Shown in pieces: positions 12,478 through 21,865 of a stretch of DNA of 32,000 nt. The translations under genes were made by a program, and so were the position numbers. The notes below the pieces were generated by a model. It saw only the letters and a list, made by a program, of their open reading frames with translations, had not been told where the DNA came from and searched no databases. The stretch's first letter is position 1; every line of letters starts with the position of its first letter. The stretch covers positions 30,001 through 62,000 of the forward strand of contig BAAFHK010000002.1 of NCBI GenBank assembly GCA_042852035.1, given 5' to 3'. Origin of the DNA: Candidatus Saccharimonadota bacterium (GTDB lineage Bacteria > Patescibacteriota > Gracilibacteria > BD1-5 > UBA2023).

Positions 12478-12875
12478 GAGAAACTCCAATAAAAATAAAA
12501 AACAGTGGAAAAGAGGAAGAAAAACTCAAACAGAGTGGGAAAAAAGAAGAAATGTAGAAAAGAATACAGAAAAAGAATAAGACAAAAACATAAGAAAAAG
12601 TGGAAAAACAAAATATTTCCATATACTCTCTCTGAAACCGTCTTCGAAGAAACAGTCTTCAAACAAAACTATTCTTCCTCAGAAATGGAAATATTCTTTC
12701 TAAGAATCTAAAACATTCTTCCCAAGTTTTTTCTCGAAGTCTCTGTCTCAAATTCTTTCCCCAACACTTCCCAAATTCCCCAGATTCTTCCCAAATCTCT
12801 TCTTGAATTCATTTTTTCCAATCCGTTCCCCTCTTTCTCATTCCGTCTCAGTGGTTCCATCATCTCAATATTCAT

Positions 12876-12951
12876 GGGCAATTAGTTCAGTGGTGAGAAC
12901 ACCTGCCTTACAAGCAGGGGGTCATAGGTTCGAATCCTATATTGCCCACCA
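12876..12951 (+). tRNA. tRNA-Val(UAC), CCA encoded
   Basis: Cloverleaf with anticodon loop CTTACAA and T arm ATAGG TTCGAAT CCTAT. Confidence 0.88.
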
Positions 12952-13002
12952 TGAAAAAACCAGAAAACTCGTTCGTAAGAATGGGTTTTTTATTTTTTTG
13001 TT

Positions 13003-13115
13003 GCAAAGAATATAGGATGAGAATCTGAGTGGTTTACGAGAAGTGACCGATGTCACTTCGAGAGCGAGGAGAGACGAGTGCGTCGGAGAGCACTCGAATC
13101 CTCTATTGCCCACCA
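13003..13115 (+). repeat. structured ~110-nt repeat, copy 2, ending in a duplicate of the tRNA-Val(UAC) 3' end
   Basis: Same core as 4296-4404. TCGAATCCT[A/C]TATTGCCCACCATGAAAAA occurs at 12930-12958 and 13094-13122 (28/29 identical). Confidence 0.6.
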
Positions 13116-13132
13116 TGAAAAATAAAAGAAAA

Positions 13133-13165
13133 ATCCCTCTTTCCGAAAGGAAGGGGGATTTTTAT
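13133..13165. terminator. bidirectional terminator hairpin (CCCTCTTTCC GAAA GGAAGGGGG + T-run)
   Basis: Lies between repeat copy 2 (+) and the minus-strand CDS ending at 13166. A near-identical motif is at 6446-6480. Confidence 0.55.
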
Positions 13166-13606
13166 CTAGAAGTGGGGAGGGGCTAGCTTTTCTCACTTAC
13201 GTTCCCTTTCTTCTTCTGCTCGTATTTTTTGAACATAATCATGATTTATATTTTCTTTTAAGATTGCATTTCTTTCGGCATCATGAAGACGGATTTGTGT
13301 ATATGCATCTCGAAGGCTTATTTCTCCTCGAATTCCTCTTCATGCAATATCATTATATTGTTCAATTACGCTGCTATATATTGGCTTCATATTGAGTAGC
13401 TCCCCAGTTATATTTCTATTTCTCAAGTCTTCGATAGTACTGATTAATAGATGTCTCCAATATTCATGATTTGAGTCTTCATCAGGATTTTTCCCATCAA
13501 CATAATAATTTTCGGGAATCCGATCTTCTATTTGTTGAAGAGCTCCTTGTTTTGCATAATCTTTTGTATAGAGTTCTCCTAAAATTTTAGGTACTTCTTT
13601 TTCCAT
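13166..13606 (-). CDS. hypothetical protein, 146 aa, two UGA(Gly)
   Basis: Track ORF 13340..13606 continues through TGA to TAG at 13166-13168. Confidence 0.55.
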
Positions 13607-13726
13607 ACAAGTTTAAATTAAGAAATAATACTGGTATATCGTATCTCTTCTTCTTCTTGTCAAAAATTCCTCTCGCTTTTCTCCAGTTTTCTATATACTC
13701 TGTGGTATCATTTCCTTATTCTTTCT

Positions 13727-14647
13727 ATGCGCATCCTGAAGTACGCCTATAAAAATATTATTCGAAACCCGATTCTCTCGCTTTCTTCCATTTTTGTGAT
13801 TGGACTTCTGATTTTCTTTGTGAATATACTCTTCTTGGTGCTCTTTGCTTCGGAGCGTTTTATTGCGAATGTGAATGCTCGTATTTCATTTACGATTAAT
13901 TTTCAGAGTGGATATACGGTGGATAGTCCGAATGCTAAAATTCTGATCACGAAATTAGGACAATCATTTTCTGGTATTTCTGTTGAGCCAATTTCGAAAC
14001 AGGCAGCATTTCTCCTCCTGCAGGAACGAAATCCAGATCTCGCAAATCTCATCGAAAATACAGGAGAAAATCCACTTCCAGATTCCATCCGTATCGATAA
14101 TATCCCGATCGATCAATACACTGCATTTAATACAATGATCGGTGAGCACAAGGATATGCTTCAATACAGCAAGGATGCATTCGATCGAAAACTCTTAGAC
14201 TATCAGAGTCAGTTTTCACGTATTGCTTTTATTGTATACCTTCTTTCTTTACTCGAATTTGGTGTATATGCCCTGCTTGCTTTTTTTGCTTTTACCGTGA
14301 GCGTTATTATTTATACTGTTATCAGTAATTCGATCTTTTTTTTCCGTCAAGAAATAGAAATTATTAGCTTGGTAGGGGGGCGCTCCTCTTTTATCTATGG
14401 ACCATTTTTGTTACAGGGCGTATTTTTTGGAGTGATGGCCACAGGAATAGTGGTATTACTTATATGAGTACTTCGTTCTGTTATTGTAGTTGATTTTGTG
14501 AGCGGACCACTCGCACATGTAGTACAAGATTTCTTCTTGGCTTTCCCTTTTTTTGGTGGCATGCAAGTCTTGGGGGTAGCACTATTGGGACTATTATCCT
14601 CAGCTATTGCACTTCGAAAATATATTCAGAAAGGCATTTTTGGATAA
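13727..14647 (+). CDS. ftsX: cell-division ABC-transporter permease FtsX-like, 306 aa, one UGA(Gly)
   Basis: N-terminus YAYKNIIRNPILSLSSIFVIG, a periplasmic alpha/beta insert, and three C-terminal TM helices. Track ORF 13727..14467 extends through TGA to TAA at 14645. Confidence 0.75.
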
Positions 14648-14783
14648 AATAATATTTTCTTCAAAAAAATATTTGCATTTTCAAAAAACGTATATATACT
14701 CCGCTCGCATTTTGATTTAGGTCTTGTATACATTACCTGTTCGAATGTGTGACATGAGTATAACTCATACAAAAACACCTTTT

Positions 14784-14860
14784 GGTGCTGTAGCTCAGTT
14801 GGTTAGAGCGCTGCCCTGTCACGGCAGAGGTCGCGAGTTCGAGTCTCGTCAGCACCGCCA
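14784..14860 (+). tRNA. tRNA-Asp(GUC), discriminator G73, CCA encoded
   Basis: Cloverleaf with anticodon loop CTGTCAC and 3' end CAGCACC G CCA. Confidence 0.88.
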
Positions 14861-14909
14861 TTCATAGAGGTATCGTTTCATATTTTGATCCAATATCTTT
14901 CCCCTTTGT

Positions 14910-14986
14910 GGGGCCTTAGCTCAGTTGGCTAGAGCGCCTGTTTTGCACGCAGGAGGTCAAGGGTTCGACTCCCTTAGGCTCCACCA
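14910..14986 (+). tRNA. tRNA-Ala(UGC), CCA encoded
   Basis: Cloverleaf with G3:U70 and anticodon loop TTTGCAC. Confidence 0.88.
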
Positions 14987-15023
14987 TGTTTCTGGTATAT
15001 TTAAAATCGTAATTGTTATTCCT

Positions 15024-15236
15024 ATGTGAGTGAGAAATAAGCGTCCACATAACATGATCTATTCTGTAAAAAGAAAAGGTTCATACAGTGGAAATAAGAT
15101 ACAAAATGCTATTGCACACTATAAAAAACTTCAAGCACGAAAAGCTATAGAAGGAGAAACTCTTTGGATAGCTAATGCAACAAAGATTGTTCTTGCAAAG
15201 TTTAAGAAGTATGCTATTAATCCAGCAAAAATCTAA
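15024..15236 (+). CDS. small basic hypothetical protein (~70 aa)
   Basis: ATG 15024, then TGA, then the 68-aa ORF in the track. No family recognised. A 28-aa basic ORF follows at 15263-15349. Confidence 0.3.
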
Positions 15237-15426
15237 TTATTTCTCTCGTTAATTACTCAAATATGCCACGACTCACAACTTATGCACATAAAAAGCTTAA
15301 GAAAGCAATAACTCGAATTAATAAGAAAATGCAAAAAACAAAGAAGTAGCCTCTTAAGTCGAGCAGAGGGCAGATAGATGGATATATCCTCCTCTGTGCT
15401 GTCTGCTAGAATATGTGCTACTTCCA

Positions 15427-15455
15427 TTTGCATTTTGCCTCCTTGTCCCTATAAT
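15427..15455 (+). promoter_or_regulatory. promoter TTTGCA-N17-TATAAT upstream of tuf
   Basis: TTTGCA at 15427-15432, 17-nt spacer, TATAAT at 15450-15455. Confidence 0.6.
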
Positions 15456-15487
15456 TTACCCGCATTTAATTTTTATTCTTTTCCCTT

Positions 15488-16681
15488 ATGTCTACTTTTG
15501 ATCGTAGCAAGCCACATATGAATGTTGGTACCATTGGTCACGTTGATCACGGTAAGACAACTTCAACGGCTGCATTTACATTTGTTCTCGCTCAGAAATA
15601 CGGAGGAGAGACAAAAAAGTATGATGAAATCGATGCTGCTCCAGAAGAAAAAGCACGTGGTATTACTATTAATACTGCACACGTTGAGTATCAAACTGCA
15701 AATCGTCACTACGCTCACGTTGATTGTCCTGGACATGCTGACTACGTGAAGAACATGATTACTGGTGCTGCTCAGATGGATGCTGCGATTCTCGTAGTAG
15801 CTGCTACTGATGGTCCAATGGCTCAAACTCGTGAACATATTCTTCTTGCTCGCCAAGTTGGTGTTCCTTACATCGTTGTTTGGATGAATAAGTGTGATAT
15901 GGTTGATGATGTAGAAATGCTTGATCTCGTTGAGATGGAAATCCGCGAACTTCTTTCAAAATATGAATTTCCTGGTGATACTCTTCCAGTTATCCGTGGT
16001 TCAGGTCTTGTTGCCCTTGAGAACCCTACTGATATGGAAAAGCCATACGGAGCAAAAGAAGTTATTGCGCTTTTTGAAGCACTTGAAGCTTATGTTCCAG
16101 TTCCTGAGAGAGATCTCGATAAGCCATTCCTTATGCCAGTTGAAGATGTCTTCTCTATTAAGGGACGTGGTACTGTAGTTACTGGAAAAATTGAACAAGG
16201 TATTATTAAGCTCAATGATGAAGTAGAAATCGTTGGTATCCGTGATACTCGAAAGACAACTGTTACTGGTATCGAAATGTTCCACAAGCTTCTTGATCAA
16301 GGTCAAGCTGGTGATAATGCTGGTCTTCTCCTTCGAGGTATTGAACGAACTGATGTTGAACGTGGACAGGTTCTTGCTAAGCCAGGTTCTATTAAGCCTC
16401 ATACTAAGTTTGAAGCAGAAGTATATGTACTTACGAAAGATGAAGGTGGACGTCATACTCCATTCTTCCAGGGTTATAAGCCTCAGTTCTACTTCCGTAC
16501 TACTGATGTAACTGGTTCTATCGAGCTTCCTGCTGGAGTAGAAATGGTTATGCCTGGTGATAACATCAAGATGACTATCGAGCTTGGTGCTCCAATTGCT
16601 ATGGACCAAGGTCTTCGCTTCGCGATTCGTGAAGGTGGTCGAACTGTTGGTTCAGGTGTTGTTGCAAAAGTTATTGCTTAA
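15488..16681 (+). CDS. tuf: elongation factor Tu, 397 aa, no UGA
   Basis: [17 protein letters not shown] and NKCD GTPase motifs with full-length EF-Tu similarity. Confidence 0.97.
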   Translation: MSTFDRSKPHMNVGTIGHVDHGKTTSTAAFTFVLAQKYGGETKKYDEIDAAPEEKARGITINTAHVEYQTANRHYAHVDCPGHADYVKNMITGAAQMDAAILVVAATDGPMAQTREHILLARQVGVPYIVVWMNKCDMVDDVEMLDLVEMEIRELLSKYEFPGDTLPVIRGSGLVALENPTDMEKPYGAKEVIALFEALEAYVPVPERDLDKPFLMPVEDVFSIKGRGTVVTGKIEQGIIKLNDEVEIVGIRDTRKTTVTGIEMFHKLLDQGQAGDNAGLLLRGIERTDVERGQVLAKPGSIKPHTKFEAEVYVLTKDEGGRHTPFFQGYKPQFYFRTTDVTGSIELPAGVEMVMPGDNIKMTIELGAPIAMDQGLRFAIREGGRTVGSGVVAKVIA

Positions 16682-16696
16682 TAAACGTTTTATCTG

Positions 16697-16718
16697 CTTA
16701 CCAGGTATTCCTGGTAAG
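16697..16718 (+). terminator. perfect 9-bp hairpin CTTACCAGG-TATT-CCTGGTAAG between tuf and rpsJ (attenuator or processing site)
   Basis: Read directly from the sequence. No strong T-run follows. Confidence 0.35.
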
Positions 16719-16752
16719 TGATAAGATTTTTACTCCTATCCTTAAAATCCCC

Positions 16753-17088
16753 ATGGCTACCAAGAAATCAACAGCATCTTCTGCTCACAAGATTCGTATC
16801 ATTGTTAAGGCTTTTGAACATAAACTTATCGATGAGGCTGTAACAAAAATTGTTACAACAGCAAAAGATAGTGGTGCCATTGTGGTAGGACCAGTTCCAC
16901 TCCCAACAAAGATTGAAAAGATAACTTTGAATCGCTCAACTTTCGTTAATAAGAATGCGAGAGAGCAATTCGAGATCCGCCGTCATAAGAGACTTATTGA
17001 CGTAATGGAGCCAACTCCTAAGACTATGGAACTCCTTCAGGGACTTAATATTCCTGCTTGAGTTGGTGTTGAAATTAAGGTTGCTTAG
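16753..17088 (+). CDS. rpsJ: 30S ribosomal protein S10, 111 aa, one UGA(Gly)
   Basis: IRIIVKAFEHKLIDEAV...GPVPLPTK. The C-terminus LNIPA-UGA-VGVEIKVA aligns with E. coli LDLAAGVDVQISLG. Confidence 0.93.
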
Positions 17089-17116
17089 TACAAATTATCT
17101 CTAAAAATATTTTTTT

Positions 17117-17314
17117 ATGTCTCGCGTTTGTCAACTTACTGGTAAAAGAACTGCCGTTGGAAATAATGTTTCCCATTCCGTACGTCGTACAAAAAGAAAA
17201 TTCTATCCAAATCTTTTCTGGAGGAATGTGAAGGATCCTGCTACTGGTATTACTCTCCGTCTTCGTCTTTCAGCGAAAGCTATCAAGACTCTTAAGAAAA
17301 AGGGAATTCTCTAG
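17117..17314 (+). CDS. rpmB: 50S ribosomal protein L28
   Basis: [33 protein letters not shown] matches the L28 N-terminus. Confidence 0.9.
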   Translation: MSRVCQLTGKRTAVGNNVSHSVRRTKRKFYPNLFWRNVKDPATGITLRLRLSAKAIKTLKKKGIL

Positions 17315-17396
17315 TAGAGAACTTGAATCCAAGAGCTCGGAACTTAGTCTCACTTCTATATTCAGGTTTGAATCTCCATTCTAGATTCGCCTCTCT

Positions 17397-17480
17397 GCCC
17401 GGGTGGTGGAATGGTAGACACGGAGGACTTAAAATCCTCTTCCTTCGGGAGTACGGGTTCGAGTCCCGTCCTGGGCACCA
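17397..17480 (+). tRNA. tRNA-Leu(UAA), long variable arm, CCA encoded
   Basis: Cloverleaf with anticodon loop CTTAAAA and variable arm TTCCTTCGGGAGT. Confidence 0.88.
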
Positions 17481-17515
17481 AAATAACTTCATCTTACAAT
17501 TTTCCCCCCTTATTT

Positions 17516-17740
17516 ATGTTAAAGATTCGCCTTTCACGTGTTGGACGAAAACATGTTGCAAAATACCGCGTTGTTCTTACTGACCACCGTCAGAGTGCAA
17601 AGCACGGATTTATTAAAGTTCTTGGATCATATGATCCACATACAAAGGTTCTTATTATGGACCAAGCAGAAGCTGATAAGTATATTGCTACAGGAGCTCA
17701 GTATTCAGAGACACTCGCAAAAATTATTGCAAAAAAATAG
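17516..17740 (+). CDS. rpsP: 30S ribosomal protein S16, 74 aa
   Basis: MLKIRLSRVGRKHVAKYRVVLTDHRQSAKHGFIKVLGSYDP. The upstream part of track ORF 17411.. overlaps the tRNA and is not coding. Confidence 0.9.
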   Translation: MLKIRLSRVGRKHVAKYRVVLTDHRQSAKHGFIKVLGSYDPHTKVLIMDQAEADKYIATGAQYSETLAKIIAKK

Positions 17741-17828
17741 TATTCCCTCGAAATTCGGGGGTTTTCCTTTATTAGGTGTAATCAATTGATTATTTTTCCA
17801 GTTATTTCATATCATAACTTTTCATTAT

Positions 17829-18080
17829 ATGGAAGCGCAATCATTTCTTCGTCTTATTGTTGAATCTCTCGTTGAGAATACTTCCGCTATTGAGATTAGC
17901 GAAAAGCATGATGAGCTTTGAACTCTTGTTTCTCTAAAAGTTGCACCAGAAGATATGGGTACTATTATAGGAAGATCGGGAAAAACGGTTGATTCTCTCC
18001 GAACAGTTCTTCGAGTTTTTGGTTCAAAGAATGGAAATCGCGTGAATCTTCGTATACTTGAAGATGAACGACCTGCGTAG
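17829..18080 (+). CDS. KH-domain RNA-binding protein (YlqC/UPF0109 type), 83 aa, one UGA(Gly)
   Basis: VAPEDMGTIIGRSGKTVDSLRTVL is the KH GxxG motif. It holds the conserved position after rpsP and is absent from the standard-code track. Confidence 0.8.
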
Positions 18081-18148
18081 TTCGTCTTTTTCTCTTTTCC
18101 TTGTAAAATTATTTTACTTTCCAACTCTTTCTTTTAGAATAGGCATAT

Positions 18149-18547
18149 ATGAATCCAATAGCACTGAATATATCACCCATAGAGATGCTTTCGCTCGCTG
18201 TTGCGGGTGTTGTTTTTGTTTCAGTTCTTCTTGCTGTAGTGTATAGCCTTTGGGGCGGTTTTTTACTTATAACTTCATGATGAAATGAGGAAAAGGTAAA
18301 ACCAGCAGTAAACCACATACGACATGCATTCCTTGGATTAATTGTTCTCGTTGCTTTTTTATTTATTATCCCAAAGGTTTTAGATCTTTTCGGATTTCCT
18401 TATTGAGATAGCCTTTCACCAAAGGTGATATTTACGAATATACGTGTTATTTCTGCAAAATTTTTCAACATTTCTTCACCGAATGGGGTCGATAATTCCT
18501 CAGATACGAATATCGATACGCTTCCGTCGGATTTTTCTGATCTTTAA
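18149..18547 (+). CDS. small two-TM membrane protein, paralog A (VirB2/TrbC-like topology?), 132 aa
   Basis: ...YSLWGGFLLITS-UGA-UGA-NEEKVKPAVNHIRHAFLGLIVLVAFLFIIPKV... is paralogous to the next gene. Confidence 0.6.
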
Positions 18548-18560
18548 TTTCTCTTTCTTC

Positions 18561-19013
18561 ATGGGATCACTTGCTTTTGACTTTTCCATACCTACTGCTG
18601 AGGCAGCTACAACACTTGCTGACATTAGTGGAAATTATTCTACTTGAAACATGATTACGACTGGTGTAGCTATTGTCGTCCTTGTTGCTGTTATCTGTGC
18701 GGTTCTCTTTATTGTTTGGGGTGGTGTTATGCTCATACTTTCATGAGGGAAGGATGAAAAAGTGAAGCCAGCAATTAATTCTATACGATATGCAGTAATT
18801 GGGCTTATTGTAATAGTAATTTCACTTTTTGTAGCTCCAAAAATCGTTGAGTTTATGGGTCTTGAGAATATGAAGCAGTATCTTGGACCAGATGTTATCT
18901 TCCGTCAGATACGTGATATAGCAAACGGTATTTTCAGTGGTAATGGTTCATCTTCAAATTCTCTCCCTTCAACGGATACATCGGGAGGGGATATTGATTT
19001 TACAGATTTATAA
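18561..19013 (+). CDS. small two-TM membrane protein, paralog B, 150 aa
   Basis: ...FIVWGGVMLILS-UGA-GGG-KDEKVKPAINSIRYAVIGLIVIVISLFVAPKI..., with an S/G/D-rich C-terminal tail. Confidence 0.6.
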
Positions 19014-19174
19014 CAGTGATATTATTTCTGTTTTTAAAAGCCTCTTTTTAGAGGTTTTTTTGTTTGCAAAAATACCCATTTTTTCTATACTGGAAGGGAT
19101 TATTTTAGGGTAACGTTTTTTATTCTATTTCTCAACGAGATGGATTATAGTTCACATTAGTAATTTTATTTTTT

Positions 19175-21760
19175 ATGTCAGACACACAGGAAAACTTCGA
19201 ATCAACAGAATCAGATAACGCTTCAGTTAATAATACCCCACAGGCCATGAAGGGGGTAACTTATGATGGAGATCAAAATCGAAATATCGTCGATGAAATG
19301 GAAACTTGCTATCTCGATTATGCAATGAGTGTAATCGTTCAGCGTGCTCTTCCGGATGTGAGAGATGGACTCAAGCCAGTACATCGTCGCATTCTTTATG
19401 CAATGCATGATACAGGACTTCGTGCAACAGGGAAGTATCGTAAGTCAGCAACAGTAGTTGGTGAAGTGCTCGGTAAGTATCACCCACATGGAGATATAGC
19501 AGTATATGACTCAATGGTTCGTATGGCACAAGATTTTTCTCTTCGTTATCCTCTTATAGATGGACAAGGAAACTTTGGATCTATGGATGGGGACAATGCA
19601 GCAGCAATGCGTTATACAGAAGTAAAAATGGACAAACTCGGTGAAGCAATGCTTGCTGATATCGAAAAGGAAACGGTTGATTGGAGAGATAACTATGATG
19701 CATCCAAACAGGAACCAACCGTTCTTCCAACTAGAATCCCGAACCTCCTTCTCAATGGAGTTATGGGTATTGCTGTCGGTATGGCTACCAATATTCCTCC
19801 TCATAATCTTGGAGAACTTATCGACGCTCTTATCTATATCCTCGGTCATGAATCAAAAGAAACTATTTCTATAGAGGACCTCCTCCAATTTATCCAAGGA
19901 CCTGATTTTCCGACGGGAGGTATTATTTATAATAAGAAAGATATCCTTGAGGCTTATGCTCGCTGACGAGGATCAGTTGTTATGCGAGGTCGAGCAAATA
20001 TCGAAGAAATGAAAAATGGAAGAGATGCCATCGTTGTAACTGAGGTTCCATATCAAATGAATAAAAAAGAATTCGTAGAAAAGGTAGCGGATCTTGTTCT
20101 CGAAAAAATCATCGTAGGAATCAGTGAAATTCGAGATGAATCCAATAAGGAAGGAGTCCGAATCGTTTTCGAGCTGAAGCGAGATGCCTTCCCCAAAAAG
20201 ATTTTAAATCAGCTCTATAAGCTTACTCCTCTCCAGACAAGTTTCTCATATAATATGATTGCGCTTACAGGAAGAGGGCTCCAGCCAAGGCTCTTTAATC
20301 TCAAAGAGATGCTCATGGAGTTTATCGCTCATCGTGATGAAGTCATCGTCAGACGAACTCGATATGACCTTGCTATTGCCGAAGCGAGAGCTCACATCCT
20401 CGAAGGACTCAAAATTGCTCTGGATAATATCGACGCAGTTATTAAGACGATTAAAGAATCAAAAACTCGAGAAGATGCACACGTTTCTCTTATGCAAAAA
20501 TTTGCTCTTTCAGAGAGACAGGCAACAGCAATTCTCGAAATGCAGCTTCAACGCCTTGCTTGACTTGAGCGGAAAAAGATTGAGGATGAGCTTGCTGAGA
20601 AGATTGCGCTTATTGCAGACTTAAAGGATATCCTCTCAAAACCAGCTCGAGTAAACGATATTATGAAGAATGAATTCCTTGAGCTCAAAGAGAAGTATGG
20701 TGATCCAAGAAGAACTGAGGTTCACCTGGGTGCTATCGGTGAGTTTAATCCAACTGATACAATTCCAAATGAGGATGTCGTCGTTACCTTCTCAAAAAAT
20801 GGTTACATTAAACGTGTGAAGTCTTCAAGTTTCCGATCACAAAGAAGGGGTGGAAAGGGAATTACTACAGCAGTAAAAGATGAAGACGAGATTGCATCAA
20901 TTCTCTCAACTCGAAATCACAATACGCTCCTGTTTTTTACGAACACGGGTCGAGTCTTTCGTCTCCCTGCGTATGAGATCCCAGAAATGCAGAGAACTGC
21001 GAAATGACAGCCAATTGTTCAATCACTCGCACTCGCTAAAGATGAGAGTATTTCTGCCATTCTTGACCTCACGAATACAGAAGGGAAGAACCTCTTTCTT
21101 ATTTCGGCTCTCGGAACAGTAAAAAGAATTGATATTTCTGAAATTGCGAATATTCGCGCTAGTGGTCTTATCGTTATGAAGCCTCATGATGGAGACTCTC
21201 TTCGTTGGGTTCGAGTGACTGATGGTACTGATAATGTGCTTATGGTTTCTCGTGGAGGAAAGGCAATCCAATTTCCAGAAACAGATGTTCGTGTCATGGG
21301 GCGCGCTGCCGCATGAGTCCGAGGTATGAAGGTTGCAAGCGGTGATTCACTTATCGAGGGTTGCGTTGCATGAAAGGAGGATACGTATGTCTTTACGGTC
21401 ACAGAAAATGGAATGGGAAAAATTTCTGGGCTTGCTGAATATCGGGAGCAGTGACGTGGTTGAAGTGGAGTAAAAGTCGGTGCTATGACAGAAAAGACAG
21501 GGCAAGTTATCGGGGCATTTACTCTCACAGAAGAGCAGAAGAAAAACGGATCTGTTATTCTCATTTCGAAAGACTGACAAACTATACGAGTGCCACTCGC
21601 AGATGTTCGAGTCACGGGCCGAGCTACCCAATGAGTCATTCTCGCTAAACTCAAAGATGATGCTGATAGCTTCACAAGTGCTACGGTTGTCGACAAAGTT
21701 GAGTGAGAAGATGAAGGAGCTGATGTAGGTAATGGTGATGCTTCGCCAGATGTCGCATAA
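19175..21760 (+). CDS. gyrA: DNA gyrase subunit A, 861 aa, 10 in-frame UGA(Gly)
   Basis: [19 protein letters not shown] and the active-site region AAMRYTE. C-terminal beta-pinwheel repeats carry UGA in GRAAAGVRG, QGRGGSG and GRATQGV. Confidence 0.95.
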
Positions 21761-21813
21761 TCATACTATATCTTCACCTATTTTCCACCCCTCTGAGATT
21801 GCAATTAGATTGA

Positions 21814-21842
21814 AAAATCATACCATCAAGGTATGATTTTTT
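21814..21842 (+). terminator. rho-independent terminator after gyrA
   Basis: AAAATCATACC-ATCAA-GGTATGATTTT followed by a T-run. Confidence 0.65.
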
Positions 21843-21865
21843 CTTCTTATAAAAGAAGCATATAT

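Noticed and set aside
12505-12711. 68-aa Lys-rich ORF, plus the 12407-12662 minus-strand ORFs
   Set aside because: They are translations of a purine-only low-complexity spacer that overlaps a tRNA.
16001-16609. 202-aa minus-strand ORF
   Set aside because: It is an antisense shadow of tuf.
21184-21696. 170-aa minus-strand ORF
   Set aside because: It is an antisense shadow of the gyrA C-terminal domain, whose + frame is only open under table 25.
19175-21760. UGA = Trp (table 4) as the explanation for the broken ORFs
   Set aside because: Every TGA I could align (GyrA, RpsJ, RT motif IGxxxSQ, paralog pair UGA/GGG) falls on a conserved Gly, not Trp. TGG is used separately for Trp.
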